Positions 48,233 to 57,338 of a stretch of 64,000 bases of DNA are shown here, in pieces (the stretch's first letter is position 1; every line of letters begins with the position of its first letter). The stretch is from Gammaproteobacteria bacterium. GTDB lineage: Bacteria; Pseudomonadota; Gammaproteobacteria; Thiohalomonadales; Thiohalomonadaceae. The translations under genes and the position numbers were made by a program. The notes under the pieces were generated by a model. That model searched no databases. It saw only the letters and a program-made list of their open reading frames with translations, and was not told the DNA's origin. The DNA lies in the NCBI GenBank assembly GCA_041685045.1, contig JAWLGP010000004.1:114065-178064 (forward strand), given 5' to 3'.

Positions 48233-49487
48233 CCGGGTTCTCCACGGATACAGGGATTGGCTGGTAGCGCAAGCCACGGCGATGCCACACCAGATACGCC
48301 TGCCGGCCGTTCGAGATCAGAAACGGATGGTCCGATTCGCCCTCGGCGCTTGCGACGACAGCGGGCTTGCTCCAGGTGGCACCGTGGTCCCGCGAACGCT
48401 GCGCGACGGCGACAGTCTGCTTACCATCGAACTCTTTCCACGCCAGGTAGACCTGTTCATTCAGACTGAGCACGTGGGGATGGGCGGCACCGGCATCATA
48501 TCGGCCGAACCCTATCGGCTCACCGAACACCTCGCCGTCCGTATCGGAACGGGCGTAGTACAGGCCGTGTCGTTCGGGGGCGTTGTTGAACCACACCGCG
48601 TGATGGCGCCCGTCGTCGGCTGTGTCGATGGCGGGACCGTGGTGCGGACAGGCATCGATTTGCCACTGGTCGAAGCTCAGGCGCCGGACCGGCCCGGGGG
48701 TAGATGACGACAGGCGCGCGATGGCGTGGTCACGGATATTGCCCTCGAACACATGCCGCCACACCATAACCGGATTGCCCTGTGGGTCCATCGTCATCGC
48801 GGTACGACAGCACTCACAGGTGTAATCAGCCACCTTGCGATTGGCCTGGAAGCTGGTGCCACCGTCGTTGGAGACCGTGTAGTACAGCGCCGCACCCCGG
48901 TACTTGCCTCCTTCATTTTCGGTGGCGACCCGGTCGCGTTTGTCGAGCCACGCCAGGAACAGTTCGCCCCGCGCGTTCACCCCCAGCGACTCGAAGCGAT
49001 GGCTGGTGAGATTGCGGTCGTCGTTGATGGTGGCGGGTTCGGAGAAGCTGTTGCCGCCGTCCCGGGAATAGGCAAAGCGCACGTCCCCGGTGTAGGGTTT
49101 TGGCAGACGTTTGGTCCAGGAGACGAAGATTCGGCCATCCGGCCCGACAACCACTTTCGGCCGATTCTCGCCGTCGGCGGCAATACGCTCCGGCACACGG
49201 TTGACCGGCTGCGGCGCACCGAACGACGCCCCCTTGTCGTCCGAGCGACTCAGATAGACATGACCGCCGAAAACCCAGGCGACCCAGAGCCGTCCCTGCC
49301 CATCGAAGGCCGCGGTCGGCGCCAATGCACACTCCAGCGACGCCGGGGCCTCCGGATCGTTGCAGACGATAGCCGCAGCACCCGGACTCCCGTGCCCGGC
49401 GTGCCCGGAGTGATTCCCTGCGGCGTGGAGAGCCGGCACCACCAGAATCAGACCGAACGCCACCAAGCGGTTAACCATTTCGCGCAT
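48222..49487 (-). CDS. Periplasmic BNR/Asp-box beta-propeller protein with His-rich N-terminus
   Basis: Signal peptide, then HAAGNHSGHAGHGSPG. Four Asp-boxes: SRSDDKGASF, SRDGGNSF, SNDGGTSF, SRDHGATW. GAGGA RBS before ATG 49487, with a GTG alternative at 49490. Confidence 0.75.
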   Translation of the reverse strand: MREMVNRLVAFGLILVVPALHAAGNHSGHAGHGSPGAAAIVCNDPEAPASLECALAPTAAFDGQGRLWVAWVFGGHVYLSRSDDKGASFGAPQPVNRVPERIAADGENRPKVVVGPDGRIFVSWTKRLPKPYTGDVRFAYSRDGGNSFSEPATINDDRNLTSHRFESLGVNARGELFLAWLDKRDRVATENEGGKYRGAALYYTVSNDGGTSFQANRKVADYTCECCRTAMTMDPQGNPVMVWRHVFEGNIRDHAIARLSSSTPGPVRRLSFDQWQIDACPHHGPAIDTADDGRHHAVWFNNAPERHGLYYARSDTDGEVFGEPIGFGRYDAGAAHPHVLSLNEQVYLAWKEFDGKQTVAVAQRSRDHGATWSKPAVVASAEGESDHPFLISNGRQAYLVWHRRGLRYQPIPVSVENPDGP

Positions 49488-49597
49488 CACGCGTCCTCAC
49501 TACCTATTTTTACCGCAGGCTGTTTCCAACACTCACAACACGACATGCCAAATACGTGTTCCGAAACCGTATCCATGTGGTCGGCTTTCGATAAGTT

Positions 49598-49651
49598 GTA
49601 GGAGTGGCGGGAGCCGCGATTCGCTGCCTTCGCGACTCCCGTCGCTCCTAC
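49598..49651. repeat. REP-type palindrome (GTAGGAG...CTCCTAC) inside the TonB-receptor operon
   Basis: GTAGGAGTGGCGGGAGCCGCGATTCGCTGCCTTCGCGACTCCCGTCGCTCCTAC, an imperfect palindrome with GTAG/CTAC ends, lying between the receptor and propeller genes. Confidence 0.6.
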
Positions 49652-49680
49652 AGGCATGGTTATCATTTCGGAACAGCTGT

Positions 49681-51771
49681 TTAGAACCGGGCGGTCACAC
49701 CGGCGTAATAGGTGCGCGGCGCACCCGGCGCAAACTCCGGCCCCCCGCTGGAGACGCTGGCAGCCGTCGCGTACCTCTCATCGCTCAGGTTCATCACCCT
49801 GCCGTAGATCTCGAACTGCTTCGACACCGGATAGCTCGCACGCAGGTTATACAGGTCGTGGCCTTGGTACTGTTCGGTGTTCTGGTTGTCCATCCAGTAC
49901 TTGCCGAGCCGCTCCCACTCCAATTCCACCTTGCCGCCTTTCAACCACGCCGGCAAATAGCCCAGGCGGGCATTGACGATTTGTCGGGGTGCCGAGGGCA
50001 TTTCGTTGCCGCTGAAATCCTGACCGCTCTCGACCCAGTCCTCAAAGGTGTGTTCGGCATACGTGTAGCTCAAGTCGAAGCGCCACGCCTCTGCCAGCGG
50101 CAAACCGCCGCTGACCTCGATGCCGCGGTGCAGCGTTTCGCCCGCATTGACCGTGAAGCGTTCAAAGGTGTTCGGGTCTTCGAAGGTCACCAACTCATCG
50201 GTCTTGGTCATGTGATAGACGGAAACCTCGTAATCCAGACGGTCGGCGCGCCCACGTAATCCCACTTCGTAGCTGTCGACCTTGACCGGCTCCAGATTAA
50301 GCGACGTCTGCGAGGAACCGGGACGGAACAGGTTGCCCTCGGACGGGGCGCGAAACGCATGCCGGTAGGAAGCGAAGCCATTCAGGTTTTCACTGAAGAT
50401 GTAGGTAAGCCCAAGTTTCGGACTCCAGTGCGAAAAGTCGACCGTGGCGTCGGACGGGTGATTGTAGGTGGCGTCCCTGAACATGCTCGCAGGCCGGGAA
50501 ACGACCAACAGCCCATCGGCAATCCTGTTGTCGTAGTCATATTCCATCCAATCGTAGCGAACGCCCGCGTTCAGGCGGGCACGGTCGCTCAGCGACGTCT
50601 CGAAATGGAGATAGGGGGAAAGGCTGGAGAACGTCACGTCGTAATCGTAGATGACCTCTTTTCTCGTGAAACGCTCGAACACACCATCGGCATTGTCGTC
50701 GAAGGCATCGATGCTATGCTCCAGGCGGCTTCCCGGGCTGTAGTCGAAATCGGTACCAACCACCAGGCGGGTTCGATTCGGAGCGAAGTCTTTGCGGTAC
50801 TTGAGTTGAAGGCCCACCGAGTCATGACCGGTTTCGGTAATGTTCGGGTCGTAACGCAACGACCAGTTGGGCATGTACTCCATCACGTTGCTGCGCAGAT
50901 AGGGCGTAATACTCAACAGGGAATCGGCATTCTCCTTCTCGTAAGCCACCGAAAAGCGATAAGCCTGCACATCGCGGAATGAGATGGGGAAGTAGTTCTT
51001 CGTTGGGTTGGTCTCGTAGTCGCTTTTCGAAAGCCGTGAGGTGCCCGCCGTCTGCTGTTCGATATTGGACGCGGTAAACAGTGCCTTGATCGACGCGCCG
51101 CCCATATAGCTGTCCCAGCCCAGATTGACGCTTTGCCGATCGTACTCGGTACCGTCGCGCCAACCGTCCGTATGCGTCAGGTTGAGATCGCCTCTCACGC
51201 CGCCGCTATCGCCCACTGGTCTGCCGACACTGCCAAGAAAGCGCCGCCAACCGGCCTCGCCGAACTCCAGGTTGACCTCGGCTTCCGGTTCCAAGGGAGC
51301 CCATTTGGTGATCACGTTAACGACGCCACCGACGGCATCGCTGCCGTAAAGCGAGGTTCCCGGTCCTTTGGTCACCTCGATACCGGCGGCCTGTGGCAGG
51401 TTGGTCTCGTACAGCGCATTGTGGTTAAAAAAACCGGTGGAACGGGTCGGTATGCCGTCCTCGAGGTAGAGGTAGACGGCACCGGTCGTGATGGGGTGGC
51501 GGATGGCGGTGGCGTGGCCCTCTCCGTTCGTGACGTTTACGTGCACCCCGGCGATGCGCCCCATGATTTCGGACGGATGGGCGGGGCGAACGAACTCCAC
51601 CGTCTCCTCGCCCATGCTGTCCACCGTGGCCGGCGTTTCGGCCTTCGGTGTTTCCTCGCGCGTGCCCGTCACCGAAAGCTCGCCCAGGTCAACGCTGGCG
51701 GCCTGCACGGCGCCCACCCCAAGTGTAATAGCCGACAGTGAAAGCCAGTTCCGAATTGTGTTTGCTTTCAT
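49681..51771 (-). CDS. TonB-dependent outer-membrane receptor
   Basis: 696 aa with a signal peptide, a plug domain (...GIEVTKGPGTSLYGSDAVGGVVNVITK) and a C-terminal ...YAGVTARF aromatic terminus. Confidence 0.9.
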   Translation of the reverse strand: MKANTIRNWLSLSAITLGVGAVQAASVDLGELSVTGTREETPKAETPATVDSMGEETVEFVRPAHPSEIMGRIAGVHVNVTNGEGHATAIRHPITTGAVYLYLEDGIPTRSTGFFNHNALYETNLPQAAGIEVTKGPGTSLYGSDAVGGVVNVITKWAPLEPEAEVNLEFGEAGWRRFLGSVGRPVGDSGGVRGDLNLTHTDGWRDGTEYDRQSVNLGWDSYMGGASIKALFTASNIEQQTAGTSRLSKSDYETNPTKNYFPISFRDVQAYRFSVAYEKENADSLLSITPYLRSNVMEYMPNWSLRYDPNITETGHDSVGLQLKYRKDFAPNRTRLVVGTDFDYSPGSRLEHSIDAFDDNADGVFERFTRKEVIYDYDVTFSSLSPYLHFETSLSDRARLNAGVRYDWMEYDYDNRIADGLLVVSRPASMFRDATYNHPSDATVDFSHWSPKLGLTYIFSENLNGFASYRHAFRAPSEGNLFRPGSSQTSLNLEPVKVDSYEVGLRGRADRLDYEVSVYHMTKTDELVTFEDPNTFERFTVNAGETLHRGIEVSGGLPLAEAWRFDLSYTYAEHTFEDWVESGQDFSGNEMPSAPRQIVNARLGYLPAWLKGGKVELEWERLGKYWMDNQNTEQYQGHDLYNLRASYPVSKQFEIYGRVMNLSDERYATAASVSSGGPEFAPGAPRTYYAGVTARF

Positions 51772-51867
51772 GACCCCCCCCGATCAATGCGCAATTTTTT
51801 GGATATTTTTAGTTAGTTAGCAAGCGAATAGCGGGAGAACTATCCTGCAAAGAATCCAGGGACAACC

Positions 51868-51881
51868 TTGACGTGAGTCAA
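51868..51881. promoter_or_regulatory. Candidate FNR/Dnr-type box in the divergent promoter region
   Basis: Perfect palindrome TTGACGTGAGTCAA (TTGAC-N4-GTCAA). It is centred about 103 nt upstream of the receptor ATG and about 136 nt upstream of the hybrid kinase ATG. Confidence 0.45.
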
Positions 51882-52010
51882 ATCCGAAAAATTAATATAA
51901 ATCAGGTGCGTTATAACACCCAACGATGTGTGAAATGACTTAATTGCCGTGGCCCTGTGGTTCTCTTTGCGCGGGGCCGGTGGCAAACTGTCCGGATTGC
52001 CTGCGATCGG

Positions 52011-54467
52011 ATGGACGCACCCATGCATGCCGTCGTTCGAAACAACCTTGCCGTTGCCGGCAGCTATTGGGCACTCGGTTACGCGGTGGCCGTCTTCTTC
52101 AAGGCCTTCGGGGTGTTCCCTGCACCCAACTGGCCATCGGCCAGCATCGCCCTGGCGGCGGCATTGGTGGGCGGGCCGCGGCTTTGGCCGGGGATTTTCG
52201 CTGGTTCCTTTCTCGCCAACTACACGCTGTTCGATGCCTCCGCCGTGATCGCGGGCGCCATTTCGCTCAGCAACACCCTGGCCCCGGCGGTCGGCGCCCT
52301 CCTGATACGGCGCCTGTGCCACACCGCACAGCCGTTTTTCCAGTTTCGGGATGTCGTGGTTTTCACGCTGTTCGGTGCCGGCTTGCATGGGTTCATCGCC
52401 GCCACCGGCGGTATTGCCGCCGCCTTCGCCGGTGGGGTTCTGCCGGCAGAGGCGGTCCCTTCGGCCTGGCTGCGCTGGTGCCTGGCCGACGCGGGCGGTA
52501 CGCTCTTCTTCGGCCCGGCCCTGCTGCTATGGTGGCACGACCGGACGGTAAGGCTATCCCGTGCGCAGGCGCTGGAGCTGGGGACAATCAGCCTTACCAC
52601 CTTGCTGCTGACTGCCGCCATTTTCTTCTTGCTCTCCGCCGAGCGTCACGCGGTCTCCGGACTCCCCTACCTGCTTGCCGCACCGCTGCTGTGGGTGACG
52701 GTCAGATTCTCGCCGCGTGCCGGCACAACCCTGTTCTCTGCCGTCGCCATTGTCGCCACGCTGGGCACCGTTGCCGGTCTTGGTCCTTTCATTCTGATGG
52801 GCGCCGAGCGGCCGCTGGTGACCCTCGGACTGATGGTGGTATCCCTCAGTATCGGAGTCCTGTCCATCGGCTCGCTGACCGCAGAGCGAAAGGCGGCAAT
52901 GCGTGAACTCGAGGCAACGAACCGGGAGCTGGAGGAGCGCGTCGCGGCACGGACCGCCGAACTGGTGCGGGCCAATCGGGCCAAGGACGAGTTCCTGACC
53001 ACCATCTCCCACGAGATGCGTACCCCGTTGACGTCCCTGCTCGGCAATGTCCAGCTGCTGTTGGATGAACCGCTGTTACCGTCCCAGCGGCAGATGGCCG
53101 AACGTATGGGGAATTCCGGCGAATCCCTGCTTTCGCTCATCAATGACCTGCTGGACCTCTCCCGCATCGAGGCCGGCCGGCTCGAGCTCGATTGGGGCGC
53201 CGTCTCGGTCCGGGCCGTAGCGGAAGGAACCGTACGCATGCTGGAAACCACCGCCGCGGTTAAAGGACTGGCGGTGCGCTGCGACATCCATGATGTGCCG
53301 GACTGGGTGTGGGGCGATGCCCAGCGGCTGCGGCAAGCGCTCATGAATCTGCTCGGAAATGCCGTGAAGTTCACCGAATGCGGGGAGATCCGGCTCGAGA
53401 TCACGCCCCTGGAGGCGGCCGCGGATTCGATTCATCTCTGCTTCAGCGTCAGCGACACCGGGATCGGGATCGCCGAGCAGGATCTGGCGAAGCTGTTCCG
53501 GCCGTTCTCCCAGGTCGAAGCCTCCACCTCCCGGCGCTACGGCGGGAGCGGGCTGGGGCTGATGATCAGCAAGCGGTTGGTCGAGGCCATGGGCGGGCAG
53601 ATCGGGGTGGACAGCATCCCGGGACAGGGGAGCCGTTTCTGGTTTGTCATTCCGCTGCGCCATACACAGGTGGAGGTTTCCCCGCCGCCCGGCCTCCTGC
53701 GCCCAAGGCCGCTTTCGATCCTGCTGGTCGAGGACGTGATGGAGAGCGCCCGTGTGCTTGAGGCCCTGATCCGTCGCGAAGGGCATGCGGTGACGCTGGC
53801 CGAAGACGGGCGCGCCGCCCTGGCCGCGGTAGCGCGTACGCCATACGACCTGGTCCTGATGGACCTGCAGATGCCCGGGATGGACGGCTTCGAGACCACG
53901 CGGCGACTTCGCGCCCTTCAGGATCCCGCCAAAGCCTGCATTCCGGTTTTCGCCTTGACCGCCAACGTGATGCGGCACACGGTCGAGGCTTGCCTCGAGG
54001 CGGGCATGCAGGACGTGGTGGCCAAACCGCTTCGGCTGGAGCAGCTGAATGCCAAGCTGATCGCCCGCTTTGGCGCTGAAATCGCTCACGAGCCGCCGGC
54101 GAGCAGCGATGAAGAGGCCGAGGCGGAACTGGACACCGAAACGCTTGATCAGTACCACGCGCTGCTCGGACCGGCAGCTTGGTTGAAGGTAACCGCCGTC
54201 TATCGCACCAACAGCCTCGCGAGCTTGGAACGGATACGGCAGGCGGCGCGCGCCGGCGACCTGGAGAAGGTGTCCCGCGTGGCGCACAGCCTCGCCGGCT
54301 CGTCCCTCACCCTCGGGATCAGCGAAATCGGCGCCCTTACCGCAGACATCGAACAGGCGGCCTTGGAGGGCGATGCGGCACGCGTGCAGACCCGGTGCGA
54401 GGCACTGTCCCGCCAGCTGCCAACGGCGCTGCAAGCACTCGGCCGGTGGGAAACAACAATGGCGTAA
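52011..54467 (+). CDS. Hybrid sensor kinase: MASE1-like membrane domain, HisKA, HATPase, REC, Hpt
   Basis: ATG 52011. About 8 TM helices, the H-box [16 protein letters not shown] and GSGLGL, a REC ([13 protein letters not shown]) and a C-terminal Hpt (VAHSLAGSS). Confidence 0.85.
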   Translation: MDAPMHAVVRNNLAVAGSYWALGYAVAVFFKAFGVFPAPNWPSASIALAAALVGGPRLWPGIFAGSFLANYTLFDASAVIAGAISLSNTLAPAVGALLIRRLCHTAQPFFQFRDVVVFTLFGAGLHGFIAATGGIAAAFAGGVLPAEAVPSAWLRWCLADAGGTLFFGPALLLWWHDRTVRLSRAQALELGTISLTTLLLTAAIFFLLSAERHAVSGLPYLLAAPLLWVTVRFSPRAGTTLFSAVAIVATLGTVAGLGPFILMGAERPLVTLGLMVVSLSIGVLSIGSLTAERKAAMRELEATNRELEERVAARTAELVRANRAKDEFLTTISHEMRTPLTSLLGNVQLLLDEPLLPSQRQMAERMGNSGESLLSLINDLLDLSRIEAGRLELDWGAVSVRAVAEGTVRMLETTAAVKGLAVRCDIHDVPDWVWGDAQRLRQALMNLLGNAVKFTECGEIRLEITPLEAAADSIHLCFSVSDTGIGIAEQDLAKLFRPFSQVEASTSRRYGGSGLGLMISKRLVEAMGGQIGVDSIPGQGSRFWFVIPLRHTQVEVSPPPGLLRPRPLSILLVEDVMESARVLEALIRREGHAVTLAEDGRAALAAVARTPYDLVLMDLQMPGMDGFETTRRLRALQDPAKACIPVFALTANVMRHTVEACLEAGMQDVVAKPLRLEQLNAKLIARFGAEIAHEPPASSDEEAEAELDTETLDQYHALLGPAAWLKVTAVYRTNSLASLERIRQAARAGDLEKVSRVAHSLAGSSLTLGISEIGALTADIEQAALEGDAARVQTRCEALSRQLPTALQALGRWETTMA

Positions 54468-54490
54468 GCCCCTTCTGTGACCGGCACCGA

Positions 54491-54528
54491 GAACGATGCG
54501 GATCGCGTGGCTCACCACATCCTCCTAC
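54491..54528. repeat. Diverged copy of the 9345-9638 REP unit
   Basis: GAACGATGCGGATCGCGTGGCTCACCACATCCTCCTAC compared with GAACGATGCGGTTCGCAGGCTCACCACATCCTAC. It lies just after the hybrid kinase stop. Confidence 0.5.
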
Positions 54529-54578
54529 CACTTGCACCGGGACGCACCGGAGCCGAAGAACCGGACGATTCCGATTCG

Positions 54579-55343
54579 TTAGAGATCTTGCCACCGAGCG
54601 CCGGTCAGCGAGCGGGCAATCGCCGCGAGGAATGCGCCCAGGGCCGCACCGACCGTCGCCATAGGCACATGTTCCATGACACCACTGACCAGGGACTGAT
54701 GCTGCGCCACCAGCGGAGTGTCGAGCGTGCCGGCCATCACCACGAACAGGAGCCCCATGCTCGTTCCCATCCCGGCCCCGACCAGTGCCCCATCGCCGAT
54801 GGGTGGCAGCAGATTACTGAAATGGCTGGTAAACCAGCGAACCGAAACGATGTAGAGCAGACCCGTCGCGGCACAGACGATTGCCGCCAACCAGAAATAG
54901 CTCAAGTCGCCTTCCACTATCGCGACGGCAACCGCCAGCAGCGAGGCGACCAGCCCCGAGCTCGCTCCGGCGATGATCTTGGCGTCGGCGCGCGCGATTT
55001 CCGATGGCGCTACCCATCGACCGTATACGCCGCCAACGATCAGGCCCACACCGGCCGCAATAACGATGAGTGACTCCGGCACCGCGCCCGGCGCGAGGCT
55101 GAGATAAGTGACCGTACCGACGAACACGAAGGCCGCCACGATCACCGCAAGGCGCATACTGCCGTACATTAGCGCACCCACCGCACCAGCGGCCGCCGAG
55201 GCGGCCATGTATTGCACGTAACGGGAGCCGAGGCCTTGGAATGCTTCGTTCAGGACCACGAAAATGAAACCGAAAATCACCCCGACGAAGGCCCAAACCA
55301 CAGCCCCCAGCGCCAGGTCGGCCATCTGGATACGACCACCCAT
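54579..55343 (-). CDS. Hypothetical polytopic membrane protein (Gly/Ala/Val-rich)
   Basis: About 7 hydrophobic segments. The start is uncertain (55343, 55325 or further upstream). No motif recognised. Confidence 0.55.
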   Translation of the reverse strand: MGGRIQMADLALGAVVWAFVGVIFGFIFVVLNEAFQGLGSRYVQYMAASAAAGAVGALMYGSMRLAVIVAAFVFVGTVTYLSLAPGAVPESLIVIAAGVGLIVGGVYGRWVAPSEIARADAKIIAGASSGLVASLLAVAVAIVEGDLSYFWLAAIVCAATGLLYIVSVRWFTSHFSNLLPPIGDGALVGAGMGTSMGLLFVVMAGTLDTPLVAQHQSLVSGVMEHVPMATVGAALGAFLAAIARSLTGARWQDL

Positions 55344-55696
55344 GGGAATCCCCTCAACCAATTGTTTGGCGACAGCGGCGCCTTTCCCGCGCCGCCTATC
55401 TCCCATTATCGTCCAGTACCCCTGCTCGCGCATCCCTGTCGCCGTGGTCGCCCGCTCGGGATCACCGCTGCGCGGATCCACCGACGCGGCTTGCCACGCG
55501 AATAGAGGTGATTGGAAATCGCAAGCGCCGAAGGATATCAGAGGCTAACCAAATTCGCGTTCCGAATTGGTATCCAATCATCCGAGGCTGTGGCGGTGGG
55601 CATTCGGACCGTCAGCGGCAGGGATGCCGCTGTCGAGCTTACATGGATGTGTTCACAGCGTGTCCCGGATAGAGCCTGGGCACCACTTCCGAACAG

Positions 55697-56581
55697 CTAT
55701 TCAGGTGGTGCGACGATGCAGGCTTCATAAAGATGGCGCTTTGTCACAAGTCCGCTGTAGAGGAAGACATCCAACAGATTTTCATAGGCATCCCGAGGGA
55801 TCGCCACTTCCGGGGTCCAGCAACCGAGTTGCTGGTAACTTTCAATGGTGTCTGCAAGGACCTCCGGGGCGATATTGGGGAAAAATCGCTCTTCCACACG
55901 GGCCACTTCCTTCGCCGTCGCCTCCAACACGAAGCGGCGACCTTTGCGGTAGGCGCGCATGAACGCCGCGGCCATTTCGGTTTGCAGCCACTCCCGCGTC
56001 GCGCAAAGACTGCTGAAGGCCACCGGACCGACCGCATCGCCCACTGCCGCGACCGGATAACCGATTCCGTCTCGTGCCATCTGTTGGGGGGCCGGCCCCT
56101 GCTGGTGGACGTAATCCCCCGTCCCTTCCCGAAACGCCCGGTCCATAGCCTCGACACCGCCTGCGTCGATGACCTGCAACTGATCGAGTTCCACGCCTTG
56201 GCGGTGCAGTCCGTAACGGAGCATCGCCAAGGGCTGGAAGAAGTGATCCACAAGCACGCGCTTGCCTTTCAGATCGGTCCACCGGAAATCCGGCTCGGGG
56301 CGACGCCCGGCGATAAAGAAACCGTCACGTTCATTGATTTGTGCGAAGTGCACGATGTCGCAGGACCTGCCCTCCTCCAAGTCGCCAAAACCGGTCGTCA
56401 CTGCCGATTGGGACAGGTGATATTTCCCTTCCCGCAGCGCCGTCGAAATGGAGATCCCTGCCGGTGCGACTTCGTAAACCGCCTCCAGACCCTCTTCCTT
56501 GAGGAAACCGCCCGCAATTGTCGCCAGCAGGGGCGAATAGAAGGCCGAGTGCCGAATGGCCGTGATTCTAATCTCGCTCAT
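55697..56581 (-). CDS. NMT1/THI5-SsuA-like substrate-binding-fold protein without signal peptide
   Basis: MSEIRITAIRHSAFYSPLLATIAGGFLKEEGLE... shows a periplasmic-binding-protein type 2 fold pattern. No N-terminal hydrophobic leader is possible because an upstream stop is adjacent. Confidence 0.7.
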   Translation of the reverse strand: MSEIRITAIRHSAFYSPLLATIAGGFLKEEGLEAVYEVAPAGISISTALREGKYHLSQSAVTTGFGDLEEGRSCDIVHFAQINERDGFFIAGRRPEPDFRWTDLKGKRVLVDHFFQPLAMLRYGLHRQGVELDQLQVIDAGGVEAMDRAFREGTGDYVHQQGPAPQQMARDGIGYPVAAVGDAVGPVAFSSLCATREWLQTEMAAAFMRAYRKGRRFVLEATAKEVARVEERFFPNIAPEVLADTIESYQQLGCWTPEVAIPRDAYENLLDVFLYSGLVTKRHLYEACIVAPPE

Positions 56582-56596
56582 ACTGCTTCCCAGCGC

Positions 56597-57085
56597 TTAT
56601 AGCTCACCATTGGCTCCGGCATTCAACACGTCGGTCAGCTTGACGTTGACCTCTTCTGCGAGCCGGCGCAGTTCGGGATTCAGTTCGGCCCCCTGAATCA
56701 GCATGTTCAGGTCCAGCATCATCAACACGGGTCGGTCTTCGGGTCGCTCCACCAACGCAATACGGCAAGGCATATAGGCGGCGAATACCGGGTTGTAGTC
56801 CACCATACGCCGTGCCGTTACCGGGTCACAGAACTGGAAGATCTCCAGTCGCGACGAAGCATGCCCCATGCTCTCCAATTGCGTACTGAGAGGCTGGTGC
56901 GCGACAAACATCAGGTTGTGCAGGTTCGCACGCAGCTTCATGGACGTGATCGCATCGTCCATCGTGACATCCTCGGCCAAGGGCACCTGAACCACGGTCT
57001 GGGCCACATCGATACGAGTGGGTTGAGCGGCGGCGGAGTGGGCAATCAGTGCCAACAGCGGCACGACAAAGTGAAGTAGCTTCAT
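56597..57085 (-). CDS. Periplasmic DUF302 domain protein
   Basis: Start trimmed to MKLLHFVVPLLALIAHSAAA (signal peptide). ...LEIFQFCDP...AAYMPCRIALVE is typical of DUF302. Confidence 0.78.
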   Translation of the reverse strand: MKLLHFVVPLLALIAHSAAAQPTRIDVAQTVVQVPLAEDVTMDDAITSMKLRANLHNLMFVAHQPLSTQLESMGHASSRLEIFQFCDPVTARRMVDYNPVFAAYMPCRIALVERPEDRPVLMMLDLNMLIQGAELNPELRRLAEEVNVKLTDVLNAGANGEL

Positions 57086-57338
57086 TTCTTCTCTCACGCT
57101 GATGTTGGTCATAACTATATGTAGTCGATTCCAATCTGGTCTGCCCGGCTCGCTCACCGCGGGTCGTAAAAGGCGGGGATGTTTACATTTTTGTTGGCCT
57201 TGGCTAAGGTAACCCTCTGCGCCCCAACAGGCGTCCCGTCCGCGGAAAGGGCTGCGCCCGCTTTCTCTCGTTACCGGCTTCACATACGACCTTCATGGCC
57301 TGTTTTCAGCGGACCCAGGCCTCTGACGAGGGGTTCGT

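Noticed and set aside
51910-51917. GTTATAAC palindrome as a Zur or Fur box for the TonB receptor
   Set aside because: Only an 8-bp core resembles part of the Zur consensus as I remember it, and the flanks do not match. That is too short to call.
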